Shown here: positions 45,003 through 53,570 of the stretch, piece after piece
How the letters are laid out: each line of letters begins with the position of its first letter
Numbering within the stretch: position 1 is the stretch's first letter
Source: Heptranchias perlo
Lineage: Eukaryota
NCBI RefSeq assembly: GCF_035084215.1
Contig: NC_090370.1
Coordinates: 2,976,001 to 3,040,000 of the forward strand
Direction of reading: 5' to 3'
Length of the DNA stretch: 64,000 bases
Position numbers and translations under genes: made by a program
Notes under the pieces: generated by a model
Told to the model about the DNA's origin: nothing
The model's database searches: none
What the model saw: the letters and a program-made list of their open reading frames with translations, nothing else

Positions 45003-47267
45003 CAGGCAGTAAATGTGGAACAGGTTGATGGAGAACACTTTGTAACGTGGAATCCTGGGCCACCTATCTGGTACATGATACTGTTTTGTAATCTTACCTT
45101 GGCAGGTTCCTTGCAGTGTTCCTTCTTCTCAATATCACATCCAATTTGACAGCCAACATTAGGCTGTTATGAATATCATGATGTTAAGAAACAGAAATAA
45201 AGATGGGCATGTAATAAACTGAAAACAGAGATGCAGCCTGAGGCAGTGATGCGGCGAGAATGACAAGCGTTATCAATCCCACAAATAGGTGTGGAGGAAT
45301 GAGATGATTAAGTCAATTATTCAGGCTATTTACTTGCTAATGCATACCTGTATTGAGAAGTTAATTACACAACAAATCACAGACAGTTTAGTGGTTTTGA
45401 TATGAAATTCAAATGATCTTTCTCCTTTACTGTACTAGCTTATGTAAGCTGACACCCAGCACAGTACCGAGAGCTGCATTGTCAGGGGTACTGTCCTTTG
45501 AATCATAGAATAGAATAGAATCACAGAATCATACAGCGCATGAGGACATTCGGCCCATCGTACCTATGCTGGCTCTTTGAAAGAGCTATCCAATTAGCCC
45601 CACTCTCCCCCCCCCCCCCCCCCCCGCTCTTTCCCCATAGCCCTGCAAATTTTTCCTTTTCAAGTATTTTTTTTAAGATGAGATGTTAAGCCAAAGTCCT
45701 ATCTGCCTGTTCTGATGGTTTGAGTGGACATTAAAGAAGAGCAGCGGAGTTCTCCCCGGTGTCCTGGCCACCATTTATCCCTCAACCAACATCATCAAAA
45801 CAGGTTAACTCGTCATTCATCTCATTTGCAAGACTAGAAGTGCTAAGTGACACAACACACCCATCGATTTAGCAGAAAATACCATCCTGACATTCAAGAG
45901 TTCAGGACAAGCCAGTACAAAGTCCACTGACCACAGGAACAGCAGAGCGGACAAAAGCTTGCAGCTCTGTGCATGAAAAAGAGAGCCAAGCAAGGGATGT
46001 AATAAAAAGAATTGATCTTCATTGCTGGGGTTTTGTCAGGGTGGACAGCTCTCTCGCATTTGGCAGGAGACTCCTATCCTCCCACCTCAGGGTCACAACA
46101 TCCCACATGGATGCACTGCACTGATAGTTCTCAGCACCTCTCATGACTTCTATTGCTGGGGAATGAGAACAAGAGAATTCAATAGAGTTAGGGCCATCCC
46201 AGTATTCAATGCACTAGTGAAGTCCCTCTTAAAACTAGAGGCTCGAATTGATTGTTGGTGATAGTAGGAGACAATCACTCAATAGGACCGATTTTCACCT
46301 TGGGTGGACATCAGCCGGGTGCTGGGCAGTGCGAGCTTGCCTTCCGCCCAATGTCCTCAGTGGCGTCCTCCATTTTGACGGCCAGGTCGTATCTGCATAA
46401 TGTCGGCGACCTGCATTGGTGTTCCTCCTGGCCCCACAAAAATCTTAGATTTACTTGTTTCCAGAGCAGCCTGCAGCAGTCCTTTAAGGACCACTGGTTA
46501 GACTGCTCAATCCCTAGTACCAGTGGGCAGAGCGTGCGCAGTGCATGTCCTGCTCATTGCGAGCTCAAAATTGTATCGGGGACGTACAACTGGTGGAGGA
46601 CCCTGATTTGCATATTATGAGTCGGCTCCCACCAGAAACAGGCAGATGCCTGGGCCACCCTTGTGAAGGCTCCAACAAAAATTCCAGTGTGTAGCTGGAA
46701 CAAGGATGTGTTCAACCCCATGATTTTCGGAGTGCTACCACCCCATTCCAGCCCGGAAATGGGGACAAAAATCACCCCTCAATGTGTTCATCTGACATTC
46801 CTCTGCTATTTGAGGCTTTAACCTAAACAACAGGCTAATTATTCCGTTAAAACAATGGATAGAAGAATGTCATGAGAATGTGTTAGGCATTTGTCTGCTA
46901 ATATACACAAGTCATTTCTGGACTAATAAGTCCTTTGTTCTGCCTGATGTGCTCTGTTCCAGGGATAGTACAGGCAAAGCTCATTATTACTATTCAGTTA
47001 CACTTTCTGCTGTCGCTATCCTATCAGTAAATTCAGAATTTGTTTCCAGTGGGGACATTGGATTGGCCAGAAACTCTATTGCATCAACGATGTGGGTGAT
47101 TGGCTGATAATTGGCCTATCTTGTAAGGGATCTTAGTGGAGCCTGACTGGCCACAAGCCAATAATAACACAGTATTTATAATGTGGAGATGCCGGTGATG
47201 GACTGGGGTTGACAATTGTAAACAATTTTACAACACCAAGTTATAGTCCAACAAATTTATTTTAAAT

Positions 47268-47306
47268 TCCACAAGCTTTCGGAGGCTTCCTCCTTCGTCA
47301 GGTGAA
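47268..47306 (-). ncRNA. Minimal type I hammerhead ribozyme motif
   Basis: UUCAC-CUGACGA-A-GGAGG(AAG)CCUCC-GAAA-GC-UU-GUGGA. Confidence 0.7.
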
Positions 47307-47454
47307 CGGTGTGGAAATGAAATTTTCGAATCCTTCGCATTTGAAAAACACAGAACAATGCCTGGTGACCACAGAACAATGCCGGGCAGTAATCACCAGG
47401 CATTGTTCTGTGTTTTTCAAATGCGAAGGATTCGAAAATTTCATTTCCACACCG

Positions 47455-47493
47455 TTCACCTGACGAAGGAGGAAGCCTCCGAAAGCTTGTGGA
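47455..47493 (+). ncRNA. Minimal type I hammerhead ribozyme motif
   Basis: ttcac ctgacga a ggagg aag cctcc gaaa gc tt gtgga. Confidence 0.7.
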
Positions 47494-48859
47494 ATTTAAA
47501 ATAAATTTGTTGGACTATAACTTGGTGTTGTAAAATTGTTTACAACAGTATTTATAAACATGGCAATGGCTTGCTATTTAAAGGGGCAGGCGTGGTTTAT
47601 GAAGAAGTGCTTTGCACAGTGCAGTTATGAAAATCGTGTTGAAACATGATACTTGTGCACTTGTGACAAAAATGGTGCCTGGCTCTCCTTCCTCAAAGAT
47701 AAAAGGTTTGGCAAACATGTTTTCATACCAATTTTCAAGAAGTCTCTCCAGAATCACATGAACATCTGAGGGAGATGCTGTCAGGCTCAAGAAAATCCTG
47801 GACACTCCCCAGCACTTGGCAGCATATTATAGACATGGCCTTCGGCTCTGATCATTTATTGGTGTATCAGTCTTTGGGAATGTAAGAGACACTCAGTAAA
47901 CTGCCCTTTGTTTTTCATAAACCCATCTAATGAATCATTTCCCACACACATCGAAACTCAGTTAAAAAACAGCAGCTAACAAGGAAAATATGAGGACACA
48001 GATTATCTGATTTGTTTAACTAATGAGACATGGAAAGCCATTGGCATGGAACTGAGCAACAGTTTGCTATCTCCTTGGGGAAAAGGATGCATGTTGCACA
48101 CTAATCATTGCAATCTGCCCTCAATATGATGCAACACTTCCCCAGTGCGATGAATATTCAGCTTGTCAGAAGGTCCTTGAATGACTGAAGGCTAGTGCTC
48201 TGGTTTAAGTCAGCTCTGTGTTTATACTTTCCTTCTTTTGATGCTCCTCATTCTTTCCCTTCATGCTTCAATGTTGACAGGCAAGACTGGAAGGCCTTGG
48301 TCGTTCCTTGGTGCCATATTCCAATCAGCCCACTCCGCCAGCCAGAACTCACAGCCGGCCAAAATGAAGGCCATCGATCATGTCCCAAGTCGCAGGGACA
48401 GGGTCATTAGCATTGCTGAGGTGGACATATCAGTGCCACCAGCCCCAATTGAGGCCTGGAAATTCGGTGGGGCTCCACGGCTCCAACGCAGCAGCTGCAG
48501 CCTAGGAAGGGCCTCATAGGAACAGAACGGCCCCAGCTCTACAGCTCCCAAAGGAGCTATTGAGCTATTCATTCAAGATAATCAGTCCCCTCCAGAATAG
48601 GTTACCTGCTTTCTTCGGCATTCTGGGACCTTTACTCGGCCCATAAGGCATACTGGGTAGAATTTCCTGGGGAAGTCCGGGAGCTATGCCAGCTGTACAC
48701 CCATGTATTAAGGCGGGGGAGGTAAATCTGTCCCCGTCTTCCTCTCCGTGGGATGGAATCAAGTTGCACCCCATTTTCTGCTACCCCTCACCCACCCCTT
48801 CGTCAACATTGCCTGAGATGTGCCCATCGCAAGGACAGAATTTTGGCCCCTTGACTAGT

Positions 48860-49130
48860 TCATCTGTTTTAGTGGTGTTTGCTGAAGGATAAATATTGGC
48901 CTGGACTCCTCCCTCCTCTTCAAATAGCACCATGGGATCTTTTACATCTACATGAACAGGCAGTTTAACATCTCATTGGAAAGACGGCACCTTTGACAGT
49001 ACAGCACTCCCTCAGGTACCGCACTGGGAGCGTCAGCCTAGATTTTATGCTACCAGTCTCAGGAGTGGGACTTGAACCCACAACCTTCTGACTCAGAAGC
49101 GAAAGTGCTACCCACTGAGCCACGACTGAC
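48860..49130 (-). mobile_element. SacSINE1-like SINE, 5' part
   Basis: gacttgaacccacaaccttctgactcaga...ctacccactgagccac. Confidence 0.8.
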
Positions 49131-50138
49131 ACCTAATTACATAGGAACAGGAGTCAAAATGACACGGCTCTAAAATAAAAATAAAACAGTCGAAAGTCAA
49201 TGACTCCGACCGAGAGAATCCAACATAAAAATCAGAAAGGTGGCTCCTATCTGAGGGGGGCTGTGCGCAAGGATTAAAGCCCACTGATCGTGGGTGCTGC
49301 TTAACTTGGGCCCCCTCCAAGCAGAGACCCAGGAAATTGAGACAGGAAGCATGGTGATGCCACACCCACCTCATTTGCATGGCTATTGAATATTAATGCC
49401 AGCTCCAGGTACAAACACTACGCCCATCCTTGATTTGGGGTGGGAGGTGGGGGGGTCCCCTGGAGGTATGGAGGTAACACAAAGGGCAGAGACCTGGTGT
49501 AATGGCTCTTTGCCCCCTTTCCTTTGTTTGGAAAATCAGCCCAAAAGTGTTGTGTTGACAGTGGTATCACCAATTATGCCCCTAAAATAAATACACAATT
49601 ACCTTATGTGCAAATTGCATTGCAAAACAGAACCTAGCTACTGTAACTCATAATCTGCAACCAGTAAGGACCACACAGATTACTTTTAACCAACAGATGT
49701 TGGTACTAGCTGCATCTCTACTGCAACCTGCATCATTACTGCAACCTGTGTAACTGATTGTTTAGAGCACTGTAGAAGAAAGACTTGCATTTGTCCAGCG
49801 CCTTTCACAACCTCAGGACGTCCCAAAGCGCATCGTAGCCAATGAAGTAGAAGTGAAGAGAATTAAACAAAGACAAACTTGGAGACCAAGCAATCCAATG
49901 GATAAGTAGCCCCATCATTGACAGCAATTCATTTATTACATAGAATGTACAGCACAGAAACAGGCCATTCAGCCCAACAGGTCCATGCCGGTATTTATGC
50001 TCCACACAGTATTGGACTCTTACAGCTGCTGGAGAGGAGACTTTAATCCCAATATGTGGAGATGCCGGTGATGGACTGAGGTTGACAAATGTAAACAATC
50101 TTACAACACCAGGTTATAGTCCAACAATTTTATTTGAA

Positions 50139-50179
50139 ATTCACAAGCTTTCGGAGGCTTCCTCCTTCGTCAGGTGAAT
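50139..50179 (-). ncRNA. Minimal type I hammerhead ribozyme motif
   Basis: AUUCAC-CUGACGA-A-GGAGG(AAG)CCUCC-GAAA-GC-UU-GUGAAU, with a 6-bp stem I. Confidence 0.72.
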
Positions 50180-51495
50180 GTCAGGAAATCCTTGAACGTT
50201 TCGCATTTATATTCAGAGAACAATACCTGGTGATTACAGATAATCTTTCCAACTGCCCGTTGTCAAGGCAATCAAAGTGTTCAGACAGAGAGGTGTTACC
50301 TACAGGACCACCGAATATACAAACGGCCAGAACACAAAACAGAGAGAGAGAGGGAGAAACATCCAAAAGGAAGAGAAAGACAGAAAATGACCCGTTGAAT
50401 TAAAAACAGATAACTTTTATTCGCTGGTGGGGTTACGTGTAGCGTGACATGAACCCAAGATCCCGGTTGAGGCCGTCCTCATGGGTGCGGAACTTGGCTA
50501 TCAATTTCTGCTCGACGATTTTGCGTTGTCGTGTGTCTCGAAGGCCGCCTTGGAGTATGCTTACCCGAAGATCGGTGGCTGAATGTCCTTGACTGCTGAA
50601 GTGTTCCCCGACTGGGAGGGAACCCTCCTGTTTGGCGATTGTTGCGCGGTGTCCGTTCATCCGTTGTCGCAGTGTCTACATGGTCTCGCCAATGTACCAT
50701 GCTCCGGGGCATCCTTTCCTGCAACGTATGAGGTAGACAACGTTGGCCGAGTCACAGGAGTATGAACCATGTACCTGGTGGGTGGTGTCCTCTTGTGTGA
50801 TGGTGGTATCTGTGTCGCTGATCTGGCATGTCTTGCAGAGGTTGCCGTGGCAGGGTTGTGTGGTGTCGTGGACGCTGTTCTCCTGAAAGCTGGGTAATTT
50901 GCTGCGAACGATGGTCTGTGACTCAGCCAACGTTGTCTACCTCATACGTTGCAGGAAAGGATGCCCCGGAGCATGGTACATTGGCGAGACCATGCAGACA
51001 CTGCGACAACGGATGAACGGACACCGCGCAACAATCGCCAGACAGGAGGGTTCCCTCCCAGTCGGGGAACACTTCAGCAGTCAAGGACATTCAGCCATCG
51101 ATCTTCGGGTAAGCATACTCCAAGGCGGCCTTCGAGACACACGACAACGCAAAATCGTCGAGCAGAAATTGATAGCCAAGTTCCGCACCCGTGAGGACGG
51201 CCTCAACCGGGATCTTGGGTTCATGTCACGCTACACGTAACCCCACCAGCGAATAAAAGTTATCTGTTTTTAATTCAACGGGTCATTTTCTGTCTTTCTC
51301 TTCCTTTTGGATGTTTCTCCCTCTCTCTCTCTCTGTTTTGTGTTCTGGCCGTTTGTATATTCGGTGGTCCTGTAGGTAACACCTCTCTGTCTGAACACTT
51401 TGATTGCCTTGACAACGGGCAGTTGGAAAGATTATCTGTAATCACCAGGTATTGTTCTCTGAATATAAATGCGAAACGTTCAAGGATTTCCTGAC

Positions 51496-51535
51496 ATTCA
51501 CCTGACGAAGGAGGAAGCCTCCGAAAGCTTGTGAT
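51496..51535 (+). ncRNA. Minimal type I hammerhead ribozyme motif
   Basis: attcac ctgacga a ggagg aag cctcc gaaa gc tt gtgat. Confidence 0.7.
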
Positions 51536-51863
51536 TTTCAAATAAAATTGTTGGACTATAACCTGGTGTTGTAAGATTGTTTACATTTGTCAACCTCAGT
51601 CCATCACCGGCATCTCCACATATTGGGATTAAAGTCTCCTCTCCAGCAGCTGTAAGAGTCCAATACTGTGTGGAGCATAAATACCGGCATGGACCTGTTG
51701 GGCTGAATGGCCTGTTTCTGTGCTGTACATTCTATGTAATAAATGTAATCCCAATAGTCTGGCCTTTTTTCAAATTTAGATTCTATTGGTGAACAGATAG
51801 CATGCCAACCCACTGTGCCACCTGGTACCCCCCCCATATTATATTTTTATAAGTGCCATTTGT

Positions 51864-52212
51864 TTTTTTATTTCAAAATATACTTTATTTCATAAAATTT
51901 AAAGATACCACAAATCCAAGGCGATACAATTCAAAACAATACAACACGGATCGTACACAATACTATCCAATATTACAATTTAAACATAGTACATATCTTA
52001 TAATACATGGTGTGCAATACAGGGTGGAGTGGCCTTACACGATGGCCTTTCCCCATCGCGCCTTTGCGTAGGTCGCACCTCGCTTCAGTGCGTCCCGCAG
52101 CATGTACTCCTGGACCTTGGAGTGTGTCAGTCGGCAATACTTGGTCGTGGACAGCTCCTTGGACCAAAGGGCCTCCTTCACTGGGTTGAGGGTCTTCCAG
52201 CCGCAGTTGATA
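51864..52212 (-). mobile_element. Tx1/L1-clade LINE 3' end
   Basis: Reverse strand reads INCGWKTLNPVKEALWS..KELSTTKYCRLTHSKVQEYMLRDALKRGATYAKARWGKAIV*, then an AT-rich 3' UTR with AATAAA and an A tail. Confidence 0.75.
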
Positions 52213-52817
52213 TCTATCTCAGAAGTGGCATTTGTGGTGGATTAAGGATTTGCCTTGTTTCAAATCATAAAAAGGCTCTTTGTGGGATGTTTGGTAGTCA
52301 GTCAGCTGGTGATCACTTTAAATTGGTTCCTGCTTCCTGGGGTCAGTTTGCATATGAATTGCACGCGTAATTATATGAATCCATGTCACTGGCTGGTTTG
52401 CAGATTGCTATTTCAAAGGGGATGAGTCATCTCCGTCTAGGTGGACTGGTTAATGAGTGTTTGATGCAAAGGTCACCCAGGTGGTAGAACCAAATGATAT
52501 TATTACCGCAAAAAGGAGACAGAGATAATCGTTTTTGAGATTGCTATTCAGCCGACTAGAGGGAAAGCTGTCACTCCTTGTATGAGAGTTGCTTTGTTCC
52601 ACAGGTATCAACATTTTATCAGGAAAATCTATCAGACAGATTGTGTGCCTTGAAACCATTTTTCGTTGACAAGTGAATTTAATTGTGAAAGAGAGCTCTT
52701 GATATTCCATTGTCTTAGTTCGAACTTCAAGATGTGGAGATGCCGGTGATGGACTGGGGTTGACAATTGTAAACAATTTTACAACACCAAGTTATAGTCC
52801 AGCAATTTTATTTTAAA

Positions 52818-52856
52818 TTCACAAGCTTTCGGAGGCTACCTCCTTCCTCAGGTGAA
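52818..52856 (-). ncRNA. Minimal type I hammerhead ribozyme motif
   Basis: UUCAC-CUGAGGA-A-GGAGG(UAG)CCUCC-GAAA-GC-UU-GUGAA. Confidence 0.72.
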
Positions 52857-52878
52857 CGATGCGGAAATTTCCGCATCG

Positions 52879-52917
52879 TTCACCTGAGGAAGGAGGTAGC
52901 CTCCGAAAGCTTGTGAA
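52879..52917 (+). ncRNA. Minimal type I hammerhead ribozyme motif
   Basis: ttcac ctgagga a ggagg tag cctcc gaaa gc tt gtgaa. Confidence 0.72.
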
Positions 52918-53259
52918 TTTAAAATAAAATTGCTGGACTATAACTTGGTGTTGTAAAATTGTTTACAATTCGAACTTCAAAGCAGAGAGCGAGCATAACT
53001 GTTGCCCTTTATCGAGGCTCCAGAATGAATCAACAAGCAGTTAAACAAGGTGGGTCTAGACGGACCATTCCATGAATATCCAAATTCATGTAGATGCTCT
53101 TCCTCACAGGCATTTATTCTAAATTACAAGGATGATTGATGTTTCAAGTTTATTATTTTGAAACGGGTCTGAAGTACGGGTGAGAAATCAAATATTCTTT
53201 TACTGTAATCTATCTGCTATGTTTGATTTTGCTTCGGTTTAGTTTTACTCTTAGTCTTT

Positions 53260-53570
53260 TGGATGAGACGCTAAACCGAGGCCCCGTCTGCCCTCTCAGG
53301 TGGATGTAAAAGATCCTATGACACTATTTCAAAGAAGGACAAGGGGGTTCTCCCGGTGACCTGGGGCCAATATTTATCCCTCAACCAACATCACTAAAAC
53401 AGATGATCTGGTCATTATTACATTGCTGTTTGTGGGATCTTGCTGTGCGCAAATTGGCTGCCACGTTTCCTATATTATAACAGTGACTACACTTCAAAAG
53501 TACTTCATTGGTTGTAAACCACTTTGGGATGTCCTGAGGCCGTGAAAGGCGCTATATAAATGCAAGTTCT
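53260..53570 (+). mobile_element. SacSINE1-like SINE, 3' part
   Basis: ggatgagacgctaaaccgaggccccgtctg...aaggcgctatataaatgcaagt. Confidence 0.85.

Larger units (their letters stand above)
47181..47545. mobile_element. Palindromic Penelope insertion C, ~153-bp arms and 24-bp spacer, ~11-13-bp TSD
   Basis: TSD (a)cagtatttata(a) at 47169-47181 and 47545-47557; arms 47216-47368 and 47393-47545. Confidence 0.9.
50055..51745. mobile_element. Large palindromic Penelope insertion D (GIY-YIG end plus pLTR, inverted pair) including an inverted copy of host flank; 11-bp TSD
   Basis: TSD taatcccaata at 50044-50054 and 51746-51756; mirror-image ORFs in the track (50433-50930 minus, 50899-51240 plus). Confidence 0.92.
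52731..52970. mobile_element. Palindromic Penelope insertion E, perfect 206-bp spacerless palindrome, 12-bp TSD
   Basis: TSD ttcgaacttcaa at 52719-52730 and 52969-52980; palindrome 52765-52970 centred on ggaaa|tttcc. Confidence 0.92.

Noticed and set aside
47181-47545. Palindromes A, C and E as DNA-transposon MITEs or pre-miRNAs
   Set aside because: The arms are the Penelope 3' pLTR, the ends are asymmetric and TSD length varies from 11 to 13 bp.
49930-51756. Palindrome D as a pure sequencing fold-back artefact
   Set aside because: An 11-bp TSD at the expected positions and ~1% divergence between arms argue that it is real, although raw reads are still needed.
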